DNA from: Acidobacteriota bacterium
GTDB taxonomy: Bacteria > Acidobacteriota > Vicinamibacteria > Vicinamibacterales > SCN-69-37
Direction of reading: 5' to 3'
Length of the DNA: 64,000 bases
Assembly: GCA_016716905.1 (NCBI GenBank)
Contig: JADJUS010000004.1
Location: 326,249-390,248, forward strand
A program made the translations under genes and the position numbers. The notes under the pieces were generated by a model. That model ran no database searches and was not told the DNA's origin. It worked only from the letters and a program-made list of their open reading frames with translations. Positions within the stretch are counted from its first letter, which is position 1. Each line of letters begins with the position of its first letter. This document shows positions 1 through 9,413 of the stretch, one piece after another.

Positions 1-1670
1 GTCGCGACGCGGGGCAGGCAGGCTGGGTGTACTCCACCTACATCAACGACGACACGGAAAGCCTGAACGCCCGGGCGAATCAGAAGTACATCGAGGCGAT
101 CGCGCGGTTTGCCAAGGACGCCGTCAAGTACGACGGTGTGAACGTTTCTCCGGATGCACGGCGCCAACTGGATCTGCTGAAAGTGTCATTGGTGCTGGTC
201 ACTCCAGGCAACCCGCAGGAGGCAGCGGAACTGACCACGATTGCTGCAGGCCTGGAAGGCACGTACGGCAAAGGCCGATGGTGCCAGGACGCGGCGAAAC
301 CGTCGGAGTGCCTCGACATCGAACAGATCACCGACATCATGGCCACCTCGCGTGATGAAGCCCGACTTCGCGCCGTCTGGGAGGGCTGGCACACCATCTC
401 GACGCCGATGCGGTCTGACTACACCCGATTTGTGGAACTGGGAAACAAGGGTGCGCGCGAACTCGGCTTCGCCGATACCGGAGCCATGTGGCGGATGAAG
501 TACGACATGCCCGCCGATGACTTCACGAAGGAACTCGACCGCCTATGGCAGCAGGTCCGGCCGCTGTATGAGTCGCTGCACGCGTACGTGCGTCTCAAAC
601 TGCGGGAAAAATATGGCGACGTCGTTCCTGCCGACGGCCCTATCCCGGCCCACCTGTTAGGCAATATCTGGGCACAGGATTGGTCGAATGTGTATGGGCT
701 CGTCTCGCCGGGGAGCGCGGATCCCGGGTACTCGTTGTCCGACATCCTCAAGGGCAGGAAAGCGTCGGCCGTGGACATGGTCAAGATGGGTGAGCGATTC
801 TATTCGTCGCTCGGCCTGGCACCGATGCCCGGCACGTTCTGGACGCGGTCCTTGTTCACCAAGCCGCAGGACCGTGATGTGGTGTGCCACGCCAGCGCCT
901 GGGACGTGGACTACGAAGACGACTTGCGCATCAAGATGTGCATCGATGCGACCGATGAAGACTTTTCGACGATCCATCACGAGCTTGGGCACAACTACTA
1001 CCAGCGCGCGTACAAGGCCCTGCCGACGATTTATCGTGACAGCGCCAACGATGGGTTCCACGAAGCCATCGGCGACACGATTGCGTTGTCCATCACGCCC
1101 GAGTACCTCGTCAAGATCGGCCTGATCGACAAGGCGCCTGATGCATCGCGAGACCTCGGTCTGCTCATGGGGCGTGCGCTCGAAAAGGTGGCCTTCCTGC
1201 CCTTCAGCCTGCTGGTGGATCAGTGGAGATGGCAGGTGTTCTCCGGGCAGATCGCTCCGGCCGACTACAACAAGGCGTGGTGGGCATTGCGGCTCAAGTA
1301 CCAGGGCGTCGCGCCGGCCTCGGCACGGGGCGAGGAATATTTTGATCCGGGCGCGAAGTATCACGTGCCGGGGAACACGCCCTATACCCGGTACTTCCTT
1401 GCCCACATCCTGCAGTTCCAGTTCCATCGCGAATTGTCCAAAACCGCTGGATGCACGTCGCCGCTCCACAGATGTTCGATTTACAACAGTGCAGACGCTG
1501 GCAGGCGTCTGGATGCCATGATGAAGATGGGGCTGTCAAAACCGTGGCCCGACGCGCTCGACGCCCTGGCCGGATCGCGCCAGATGGATGCCACCGCGAT
1601 CGTGGACTACTTCGCGCCGCTCAAAACATGGCTTGACGCGCAACTCAAGGGCACACCGGTAGGATGGTAG
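1..1670 (+). CDS. M2-family peptidyl-dipeptidase (angiotensin-converting-enzyme-like zinc peptidase), 5' end cut by window edge
   Basis: The frame of ORF 27..1670 stays open to the window start. HHELGHNYY (HEXXH) zinc motif with downstream HEAIGD. ACE-like sequence throughout. Confidence 0.85.
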   Translation, partial: RDAGQAGWVYSTYINDDTESLNARANQKYIEAIARFAKDAVKYDGVNVSPDARRQLDLLKVSLVLVTPGNPQEAAELTTIAAGLEGTYGKGRWCQDAAKPSECLDIEQITDIMATSRDEARLRAVWEGWHTISTPMRSDYTRFVELGNKGARELGFADTGAMWRMKYDMPADDFTKELDRLWQQVRPLYESLHAYVRLKLREKYGDVVPADGPIPAHLLGNIWAQDWSNVYGLVSPGSADPGYSLSDILKGRKASAVDMVKMGERFYSSLGLAPMPGTFWTRSLFTKPQDRDVVCHASAWDVDYEDDLRIKMCIDATDEDFSTIHHELGHNYYQRAYKALPTIYRDSANDGFHEAIGDTIALSITPEYLVKIGLIDKAPDASRDLGLLMGRALEKVAFLPFSLLVDQWRWQVFSGQIAPADYNKAWWALRLKYQGVAPASARGEEYFDPGAKYHVPGNTPYTRYFLAHILQFQFHRELSKTAGCTSPLHRCSIYNSADAGRRLDAMMKMGLSKPWPDALDALAGSRQMDATAIVDYFAPLKTWLDAQLKGTPVGW

Positions 1671-1693
1671 GGAACTGGGGAACTGGGGAACTG
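1670..1693. repeat. Tandem octamer GGGAACTG/GGGGAACT x3 between the M2 peptidase stop and the DinB start
   Basis: Read directly: gggaactggggaactggggaactg, immediately before ATGATG at 1694. Confidence 0.7.
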
Positions 1694-2227
1694 ATGATGA
1701 CGATTGAGGAATTGAGATACCCGACGGGCAAGTGGGTGAAAGTGCCGAACCCTGACGCTGCCACACGGGAGGCCCTGATCGCGGCGGTGGCCGGTGTTCC
1801 GTCGGCGTTGAGCATCGCCCTCACCGGACTCACAGAGGCGCAGCTCGACACTCCGTATCGACCCGGTGGATGGAGCCCGCGCCAGATCGTGCACCACCTG
1901 GCCGACAGCCACATGAATGCATTCATCCGCCTCAAACTGGGCATCACGGAAACCAATCCCACGATCAAGCCCTACGAGGAGCAGACCTGGGCGGAAACGC
2001 CAGACAGTAGAGACGCGCCCATCGCGTGTTCAATGTCGATCATCGAAGGTCTGCACGCCCGCTGGGCGCAGCTGCTGCGATCACTCGACGCATCGGCGTT
2101 CGACAGGACGATTCAGCACCCTGAGCGCGGCCCGATGAGCCTGGGCGACTTGCTCGGGTTGTACGCGTGGCACGGCAATCACCACACCGTGCAGATCCTG
2201 AAGATGCGCGAACGGATGGGCTGGTAG
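1694..2227 (+). CDS. DinB/YfiT-like metal-dependent hydrolase family protein
   Basis: His-rich DinB_2/YfiT-type motifs (HHLADSH, WHGNHH). ATG 1694 preferred over 1664, which overlaps the upstream stop. Confidence 0.8.
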   Translation: MMTIEELRYPTGKWVKVPNPDAATREALIAAVAGVPSALSIALTGLTEAQLDTPYRPGGWSPRQIVHHLADSHMNAFIRLKLGITETNPTIKPYEEQTWAETPDSRDAPIACSMSIIEGLHARWAQLLRSLDASAFDRTIQHPERGPMSLGDLLGLYAWHGNHHTVQILKMRERMGW

Positions 2228-5095
2228 TTAACGCAGAATCGCCGGGACGCCCGCTGTGATCCACGTCGGCGCCGGTTCGCCCTTGAGATAGTGGGCGAAC
2301 CAGGCACCGATGCGGCGATGGTAGTCCACCTGGTTCTTCTTCACCCGCAGGCCGTGGTCTTCGTTGTTGTAGACCAGCATGACCACGTTCTTCTTTGCTC
2401 GCCGTGCGATGTTGTAGAGCTCCACCGACTGGTGCCAGTAGACGGTGCCGTCGTTGTCGCCGGTCATCAGCAACAGGGGCGTGGTCATCGTGGAGATGCC
2501 GAACACGGCTGAGTTCCTGATGTAGGCCTGCAAGTCTTCGTAGAGCGGCACCACCATGCGCTGCTGCCCGGTCTCGATGTGATCGGTCTCGGCGATGCCC
2601 GAACTCCAGTGGCCGTTGCCGTAGTTGCTGATGAGGTTCGAGATGCCCGCGCCCGAGATCGCCGCCGCAAAAATCTTCGAATGCGTCGCCAGATACATGG
2701 CGTCGAACCCACCCCACGAGTGGCCCATCACGCCAACCTTGGCCGCATCCACCACGCCCATGTCGATGACCTTCTTTACCGCAGCCGTGACGCACTCCAC
2801 GACTGAGACGCCGGGCTCGCGTGGCTGAAACACGATGTCGGGCTGGAAGTAGAAGTAGCCCTGCTGCGTGAGGGCAGTACCGTTGTAGTAGCTGCGCTCG
2901 GACGGATTGCTGAACTGGTGCAGGCCGTCCGAAAGCTTTTCGTAGAGGTAGACCACCATCGGGTACTTCTTGCCGGGCTCGTAATTCGCCGGGTAATAGA
3001 GCGAACCCTGGAGCGTCATCTTCGGTTGGCCCTTCGGCTGCACCTCGTAGCTCACCAGTTCCGTACGGCCCCACGCGTACTTCGAGAGGAACGGATTCGT
3101 CGTGGTGACCTGGATGGCCTTTGCCAGGTCGGCGCCGCCGACGAAGAGGTCCGGCGAGTCATCAGACCCCTGAACGGTGTAGCTGAAGACGTCCGCGTTT
3201 TCGGCCTTTGCGAGGCCGGTCACGCTCTTGTCGAGCCAGACCAACTGCGTCACCGCGCCGCCGGCGCCGGAGGTGAAGCGTCCATAGCCCGATTTCTTGG
3301 TGCGCGTGCCGAACAGCGACAGGAAGCCACTCTCAAGATCCACTGGCTCGGCTGGGGCTCCGAAGCCGGCCGCATCGACGCGCAGATAGCGGTGACGCAC
3401 TTGCGACGCTGCGCCCGAGGTGAGTTTCACCGCGGTCTGGCCATCCGGCGACACTTTCCACAAATCGAATGCGTCATTGATCACGACCGACGCATCGTCT
3501 TTCGTCCAGCCGGCAACGCCGAACATGGGCTTCTCGGGGGCGGTGCTGTCGGAGTCCAAATCGACGAAGGACGTCTTCGCGCCTTTCGTGATGTTCGTGA
3601 CCGCCTTGGTGGTGAGGTTGATCGTCCAGTAGTGGCCGCCCTCAGAGTAGATGGCGTACTTGCCGGCAGGGCTGACCTGCAGGCCGCTCGTCGCGCGGGT
3701 CTTGAGAGGTGTGCGTATGCCGGTGGTGAGATCCACCACCTGCACGTCCGATGCCGGCCGTCCGATTGATCGGTCCATCAAGTACGGCGTGAATTCAGAG
3801 ACGATTGCGAGCCTGGTGGCGCGAATGGGTGTGACCTGTTCGTCGAACGTTTTGCCGACCACCACAAGCTGGCCAGTGGCGAGATTCCAGACAGCAGGGA
3901 GGTTGCGACGCCGATCAGCGGCGACGCTCAGCTTCTGCGCGGACATGACGGTGGTGTCGTTCCAGTGCCAGACATCGACGTCCGCTTTTTCCGGGACCGC
4001 GGCCGAGCCCCGGCCGCCCCGGCCTCCTTCGGGTGCCGCCGGCTTCGGCGTCCAGTCGGCCACGCCCAGCAGGATCATCGCGCCGTCATTCGCGCCCGTT
4101 TCGAGCCAAGACGGCCGGCGGAACGTGACGAGGCGCTTCGACATCGGCAGCGCGCCCGCGGTAGGGTCCAGCGTCAGCGCTTTCTCACTCGACTGTCCCA
4201 GCGAGGTCCACGCCATCACCACCTGCGTCGGGCCGTCGTACTTCTCGTTGGTCCTGGATTTCAGCGCGACGAGGTCGGCCGAGTCGTTCCGCCAGGTCAG
4301 ACCCGAGTAGTCCGCCGCGGATGCGTCGAGTGCTCTGAGGACCGACGTTGCGGGGTTGTACAGATGAATGCCGTTGCCCGCCTGGCCTTCGGCACTGATG
4401 ACCATCGCCAGCAGGTGGCCGTTGTCGGAAGGCTGCCACGCGTATTCCGACACGTTGCCGAACGTCGTCGTGGCGCCCGTCTTCAGGTCGCGCACCAACA
4501 AGGTGGTGCCGATGGCTGTTGCGGGCGCGGCCTGCGCGCCTCCACGGCCGCCCGCCGGTGGCGCTGGTGCGGTAGCGGGTGCGCCGCTGGCGGCACCGGC
4601 CGGCGGAGCCGGCGCATAACGTTTCATCGCGATCGACTGGCCGGTGCGATCAAAGGCAAACGACTCGATGCCGTCGATGATGGTCTCAGTCTTTGTGGCG
4701 AGATTGAGCAGGCCCAGCTTGCGCTGAATCGGTTGCCGCGCCGTGCGCAGCCGCTCCTGCTCGGCTTCCGACTGGCCGATGCCGTAGGCCAGCCATTCCG
4801 AGCTCAACGTGAATGACGCTCCCGACCCGAAAGGCACGATGCGCGCGGTGTCTGACGCGGTGGCGCCGGTGGCCGGAATGATCCGGAGTTCGTTGTCCCC
4901 GCCGATGCGCGTAATGCCGTACGCCAGCCACTTGCCGTTTGGAGAAAGACCGCCGCGAGCGGCGCTGGGCGTCACGCTCTCGAACTGGTCGTAATCGGCG
5001 GGCGTGAGCGTGGGTTTGTTCTGGGCAGTGGGAGCGGCCGTTGAGGCCAGAACGAACGCAATAAACGAGGCGGCAATAAACCCGGACCGGCGCAT
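2228..5095 (-). CDS. Secreted S9-family serine peptidase (prolyl oligopeptidase / dipeptidyl peptidase type) with N-terminal beta-propeller region
   Basis: Signal peptide MRRSGFIAASFIAFVLASTAAPTAQ. GHSWGG nucleophile elbow. Later GDNDG and EDHG acid/His motifs. 955 aa. Confidence 0.85.
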   Translation of the reverse strand: MRRSGFIAASFIAFVLASTAAPTAQNKPTLTPADYDQFESVTPSAARGGLSPNGKWLAYGITRIGGDNELRIIPATGATASDTARIVPFGSGASFTLSSEWLAYGIGQSEAEQERLRTARQPIQRKLGLLNLATKTETIIDGIESFAFDRTGQSIAMKRYAPAPPAGAASGAPATAPAPPAGGRGGAQAAPATAIGTTLLVRDLKTGATTTFGNVSEYAWQPSDNGHLLAMVISAEGQAGNGIHLYNPATSVLRALDASAADYSGLTWRNDSADLVALKSRTNEKYDGPTQVVMAWTSLGQSSEKALTLDPTAGALPMSKRLVTFRRPSWLETGANDGAMILLGVADWTPKPAAPEGGRGGRGSAAVPEKADVDVWHWNDTTVMSAQKLSVAADRRRNLPAVWNLATGQLVVVGKTFDEQVTPIRATRLAIVSEFTPYLMDRSIGRPASDVQVVDLTTGIRTPLKTRATSGLQVSPAGKYAIYSEGGHYWTINLTTKAVTNITKGAKTSFVDLDSDSTAPEKPMFGVAGWTKDDASVVINDAFDLWKVSPDGQTAVKLTSGAASQVRHRYLRVDAAGFGAPAEPVDLESGFLSLFGTRTKKSGYGRFTSGAGGAVTQLVWLDKSVTGLAKAENADVFSYTVQGSDDSPDLFVGGADLAKAIQVTTTNPFLSKYAWGRTELVSYEVQPKGQPKMTLQGSLYYPANYEPGKKYPMVVYLYEKLSDGLHQFSNPSERSYYNGTALTQQGYFYFQPDIVFQPREPGVSVVECVTAAVKKVIDMGVVDAAKVGVMGHSWGGFDAMYLATHSKIFAAAISGAGISNLISNYGNGHWSSGIAETDHIETGQQRMVVPLYEDLQAYIRNSAVFGISTMTTPLLLMTGDNDGTVYWHQSVELYNIARRAKKNVVMLVYNNEDHGLRVKKNQVDYHRRIGAWFAHYLKGEPAPTWITAGVPAILR

Positions 5096-5138
5096 GGCAT
5101 TCCCCTTTGCAAGACGTGAGGGAATTCTAACGCAGGGC

Positions 5139-6380
5139 TCAGGGTGTGGGATACGTGCGCGCCACGTAGTCGTCCACGAGCGCCTGGAACGCCACGGCCA
5201 ATTCGCTATAGGTGCCCCGCAGTGAGGTCACGTGCTGGCCGTCGATGTAAATCGGGCAGTTGGGCGACTCGCCGGTGCCGGGCAGCGAAATCCCGATGTT
5301 GGCCGCCTTTGATTCGCCCGGGCCGTTGACGACGCAGCCCATGACCGCCACCGTCATCGTCTCGACGCCGGGGTGCCGCGTCTTCCAGACGGGCATCATC
5401 TCTCGCACGTAGCCCTGGATGCGTTCGGCCAGTTCCTGGAACGTCGTAGACGTGGTGCGGCCGCAACCAGGGCAGGCGGTGATCGCAGGTGAAAACGCGC
5501 GGAGCCCCAGCGCCTGCAGGATTTCGCAGGCGGCGTAGACTTCCTCGCGCCGGTCACCATCGGGCCGCGGCGTGAGCGAGACACGGATGGTGTCGCCGAT
5601 CCCTTCCGCCAGCAGCACGCCGAGCGCCGCGGCGGACCAGGCAATGCCTTTGATCCCCATGCCGGCTTCAGTGAGACCCAGGTGCAGTGGCTGATGGGTC
5701 TTGCGCGCCAGATCGCGATACACGCTGATCAAATCGCGCGGCCGCGACACTTTGCACGAGATGATGATCTGGTCGGTGCGAAGGCCGCAGTCGAGCGCCA
5801 GTTCCGTGGACTGCAGCGCCGACAGCACCATGCATTCGTTCACGATGTCCTCGGACGACTTGCCGAGATTGCGGTCTGTGTTCTCCTGCATCTTCGCCAT
5901 CACGAGTTCCTGATTCAGGGACCCGCCGTTCACGCCGATGCGCACCGGTCTCTGGTGATCGACCGCGACCTGGCAGATGGTGGAGAACTGCTCGTCGCGC
6001 CGGCGACCGGTGCCGACGTTGCCGGGATTGATGCGGTATTTGTCCAGAGCCGAGGCCGCGCCGGGCTGCCGGGTCAGCAATTGGTGGCCGTTGTAGTGGA
6101 AGTCTCCAATGAGCGGCGCCGTACAGCCGGCGTCGATCATGCGCTGCTTGATCTCGGGCACCGCGGCGGCGGCTTCCGGCGTGTTGACGGTGATGCGCAC
6201 CATCTCGGAGCCGGCTTCGGCCAGCTCCACACACTGGCGCGCCGTGGCCGCCGCATCGCTCGTATCGGTCATCGTCATGCTCTGCACCACGATGGGGGCG
6301 CCGCCGCCGACCTGGACGTTACCCACGCGCACGCCGAATGTCTTGTGCAGCCGAACCGGAATGGCCATGAAAATGATCAT
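5139..6380 (-). CDS. ispG: 4-hydroxy-3-methylbut-2-en-1-yl diphosphate synthase (flavodoxin)
   Basis: GcpE family hallmarks: PIVVQSMT, CPGCGRT and MGCVVNGPGE Fe-S cysteine motifs. The true start may be the internal Met at 6368. Confidence 0.92.
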   Translation of the reverse strand: MIIFMAIPVRLHKTFGVRVGNVQVGGGAPIVVQSMTMTDTSDAAATARQCVELAEAGSEMVRITVNTPEAAAAVPEIKQRMIDAGCTAPLIGDFHYNGHQLLTRQPGAASALDKYRINPGNVGTGRRRDEQFSTICQVAVDHQRPVRIGVNGGSLNQELVMAKMQENTDRNLGKSSEDIVNECMVLSALQSTELALDCGLRTDQIIISCKVSRPRDLISVYRDLARKTHQPLHLGLTEAGMGIKGIAWSAAALGVLLAEGIGDTIRVSLTPRPDGDRREEVYAACEILQALGLRAFSPAITACPGCGRTTSTTFQELAERIQGYVREMMPVWKTRHPGVETMTVAVMGCVVNGPGESKAANIGISLPGTGESPNCPIYIDGQHVTSLRGTYSELAVAFQALVDDYVARTYPTP

Positions 6381-6456
6381 ACGACGGCCAGCCCGTGTTC
6401 ACCGGAGTCACAAGGGATGATGGGCTCCAGCTGAGGGGCCGATAGAATGAGTTGGG

Positions 6457-7317
6457 GTGGTGTGTATGGGCAGGATGAAGATTGCGCTGATTGGGTTGTT
6501 GGTGGTGGGGCTGGCCGGGTCGATGATGGCGCAGGCCGTCACGGAGGCTGACCTGGGCCGGTTGGACGTGGCCGCGGCCGAAGTAACGCGCCATGCAGCG
6601 GTCCTCAAAACGTCGGACGCGACGTTGGCGTCCGAGGTGGACAAAGCCGTGGCCCTGCTCAAGGAAGAGATTATTTATCTGCGCGTCCGCCTGCGGCGGG
6701 AGGGTACGGTGCCGCGTACCGAGTACATCGACCTGCGCGACCGTCTAGAGACACTGCGGGTGAAGGCCGTCGGCCAGAAGGTGACCGCGCATCCGGTAAT
6801 TACCGATGACCCCGTCAGTGGTGGGTGGATCGTTCCTGTCGGCACCGAGATGGACGTGAGACTGCAGACCCCGCTCAGTTCGCGCACCGCCAGAGTGGAG
6901 CAGCGGTTTGAGGCGACGAGCGTGGTCGACCTGAAGATCAAAGGGGACGTGGTTCTGCCGGCCGGCACCGTCGTCCGCGGATTTGTCGGATCGGTGCAGC
7001 CTGCCGGACGTGTGGAGCGCCGCGGGAGCCTGACGTTGGCTTTTGACGAAGTGGTGCTCAGGAAGGGGCCGGTTCGTTTGAGGGCGTCGGTGACTCAGGC
7101 ACTCGACGGCAAAATGAGCGAAGACGTCAGCCGGATTGGCACCGGTGCCGCGATAGGCGCGATCATCGGGGGACTGCTGGGGGGCGGGAAGGGTTTGCTG
7201 GTGGGTGTGCTGGTCGGTGGCGGCGGCACGATCGCGGCGACTGACGGGACCGATGTGGACCTGCCGGCCGGCACCCTGTTGCGGCTGCGAATCGATTCTC
7301 CGCTCGAGGTTCGATAG
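6457..7317 (+). CDS. Secreted hypothetical protein with C-terminal glycine-zipper segment
   Basis: N-terminal hydrophobic signal (KIALIGLLVVGLAGSMMAQA). C-terminal GAAIGAIIGGLLGGGKGLLVGVLVGGGG. Confidence 0.6.
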   Translation: MVCMGRMKIALIGLLVVGLAGSMMAQAVTEADLGRLDVAAAEVTRHAAVLKTSDATLASEVDKAVALLKEEIIYLRVRLRREGTVPRTEYIDLRDRLETLRVKAVGQKVTAHPVITDDPVSGGWIVPVGTEMDVRLQTPLSSRTARVEQRFEATSVVDLKIKGDVVLPAGTVVRGFVGSVQPAGRVERRGSLTLAFDEVVLRKGPVRLRASVTQALDGKMSEDVSRIGTGAAIGAIIGGLLGGGKGLLVGVLVGGGGTIAATDGTDVDLPAGTLLRLRIDSPLEVR

Positions 7318-7326
7318 ACTCGGCGG

Positions 7327-7854
7327 ATGACGTCCGGGTTGGATCACGCGCGGCGAGTGGCCGCCACGGCAGATGCCTTTGAGGCGTCAATGACGCGCTT
7401 TCTGTCGCGCGTGGAGCAGACCTCCGAGGCGGATGCGGAGCGGGTGCCTCCCGATGGCGGCTGGTCGGTGGCCGGCATTGCCTGGCACGTGGCGGTGACC
7501 AACGAACAATTCGCCGCGCTGGTGGATGGCTCGGTGCCGCTTGCCATCGCGCCCGAGGCGGATTTCTCCGAAACGCCGTTTTCCGAGATTACCGCGCTGG
7601 TCCCGGACAAGCTCGAGGCGCCAGAGAAGTTTCATCCACCCGAAGGTGTGACCAAAGCCGAAGCGCTGGCCAGAGCGCGTGCTTCGCAAGAGCGCCTGGC
7701 TCGGGCTTTGCGGGAAATGCCGGAATCACGTGGCTTGTGGTCGGTCCACTCCATCCTCGGCCAGGTCACCGTGTATCAGGTGGGCGACTGGGCCACAGCC
7801 CATGTGGCACGCCACAACGCACAGGCGAAGCGCCTGATCTACAATTCCCAGTGA
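7327..7854 (+). CDS. DinB family protein
   Basis: WSVAGIAWHV...DWATAHVARH pattern of DinB four-helix-bundle proteins. Confidence 0.7.
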   Translation: MTSGLDHARRVAATADAFEASMTRFLSRVEQTSEADAERVPPDGGWSVAGIAWHVAVTNEQFAALVDGSVPLAIAPEADFSETPFSEITALVPDKLEAPEKFHPPEGVTKAEALARARASQERLARALREMPESRGLWSVHSILGQVTVYQVGDWATAHVARHNAQAKRLIYNSQ

Positions 7855-7883
7855 TTCACTACCTCCGGGGGAGAGGCAAGGCC

Positions 7884-9359
7884 ATGTCCACACACACGCT
7901 GAGTTCTGCCGCTGCCGTCGCATTGAGCGGCGCCGTTGTTGCCACGATGTTCACGATCTCGCCCGTCAGCGCGCAGGCGCCGACGGCTGAACAGGCCCTG
8001 ATCACAAAAGCTCGTGGCATCCACGAGCGTGTGATCACGCTTGATACGCATGACGACATCAACGCGAACAACTTCCGCGCGGACTGCAACTACACGATGC
8101 GCCTGACGACACAGGTCAACCTGCCGAAGATGAAAGAGGGCGGGCTGGATGTGTCGTTCATGATTGTGTATGTCGGCCAGGGCGCGCTGACCGAGGAAGG
8201 GTATGCCGGCGCGTATCGACAGGCGGTGGAGAAGTTCGACGCCGTGCATCGCCTGACGAAGGAGATTGCCCCGAACGAGATCGAACTCGCGCTGACGCCT
8301 GCGGATGTGGTGCGCATCGCGAAGAGCGGCAAGAAGGTGGCCGTCATCGGGATCGAGAACGGTTACGCGATCGGCACCGACCTCGAGCGTGTGAAGGAGT
8401 TCTGGACACGCGGCGGCCGGTACATGTCATTGGCGCACAACGGCAACAGCCAGCTGGCTGATTCCAACAGCACCGAAGCGGCGAATGGCGGCATTCATGG
8501 CGGCTTGAGTCCTCTGGGCAAGCAGGTCATTGCCGAGATGAACAAGTGGGGGATCATGGTGGACATCTCCCATCCCTCCAAGCAGGCCAACATGCAGGCG
8601 ATTGCGTTGTCGAAGGCGCCCGTGATTGCGTCGCATTCTTCGACGCGCGCGCTCGCCAATCACACCCGCAATATGGACGACGAGCTGTTGCTCGCGCTCA
8701 AGAAGAATGGCGGCGTGATGCAGACCGTGGCGTTTGCCACCTACGTGAAGGTTGATGACAAGGCGGCCGACCGGCAGGCCGCGACCACCGCACTGAACAC
8801 CGAGTTTGGTATTGCCGCGCCCGCCGGACGGGGTGCTGGTGGCGGTGGCCGTGCAGGCGGCGCCGGCGGGGGACGTGCGGGTGGCGAAGGACGCGGGCAG
8901 GGGGCCACGCCGGCGGCACCGCCTCCCTGTTCGATCGAGGATCCGAACACGGGGACCGCACCGCAGGCGGCGCGTGGGGGCGGGGCCGGCCGTGGCGGCA
9001 ATCAGGCGGCCCTTGCCGCACTGACTCCGGAACGTCGCGCGGAGTACGACACGAAGCTGGCGGCCATTCAGGCCAAGTTCCCAGCACCGGCGCGGGCGAC
9101 GGTCTCGGATTTTGTGGACCACATCGACTATGCCGTGAAGCTCATCGGCGTCGATCACGTGGGCATTTCATCGGATTTTGATGGCGGGGGCGGGGTCACT
9201 GGCTGGAACAGCGCGGCGGAGACCTTCAATGTGACCCTGGAGTTGGTCCGCCGAGGCTACACCGAGGAACAGATTGGCAAGATGTGGAGCGGCAACCTGT
9301 TGCGGGTGTGGGCCGAGGTTGAAAAGGTAGCCAAACAGCTTCAGGCTGGGTCGAAATAG
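7884..9359 (+). CDS. Membrane dipeptidase (peptidase M19, renal dipeptidase family) with Gly/Arg-rich insertion
   Basis: TLDTHDD, AHNGNS, VDISH, ASHSS and SSDFDGG motifs. ATG 7884 is preceded by GGGGGAGAGG. Signal-like N-terminus. Confidence 0.85.
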   Translation: MSTHTLSSAAAVALSGAVVATMFTISPVSAQAPTAEQALITKARGIHERVITLDTHDDINANNFRADCNYTMRLTTQVNLPKMKEGGLDVSFMIVYVGQGALTEEGYAGAYRQAVEKFDAVHRLTKEIAPNEIELALTPADVVRIAKSGKKVAVIGIENGYAIGTDLERVKEFWTRGGRYMSLAHNGNSQLADSNSTEAANGGIHGGLSPLGKQVIAEMNKWGIMVDISHPSKQANMQAIALSKAPVIASHSSTRALANHTRNMDDELLLALKKNGGVMQTVAFATYVKVDDKAADRQAATTALNTEFGIAAPAGRGAGGGGRAGGAGGGRAGGEGRGQGATPAAPPPCSIEDPNTGTAPQAARGGGAGRGGNQAALAALTPERRAEYDTKLAAIQAKFPAPARATVSDFVDHIDYAVKLIGVDHVGISSDFDGGGGVTGWNSAAETFNVTLELVRRGYTEEQIGKMWSGNLLRVWAEVEKVAKQLQAGSK

Positions 9360-9386
9360 ATCCTCGCTATTAATAAGGATACAAAT

Positions 9387-9413
9387 CGGCGCGGGGCCAA
9401 TGGCTCCGCGCCG
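9387..9413. terminator. GC-rich hairpin between convergent genes (possible bidirectional terminator)
   Basis: CGGCGCGG-ggccaatggct-CCGCGCCG, 8-bp perfect stem abutting the stop of the minus-strand activator. No clear U-tract. Confidence 0.45.
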
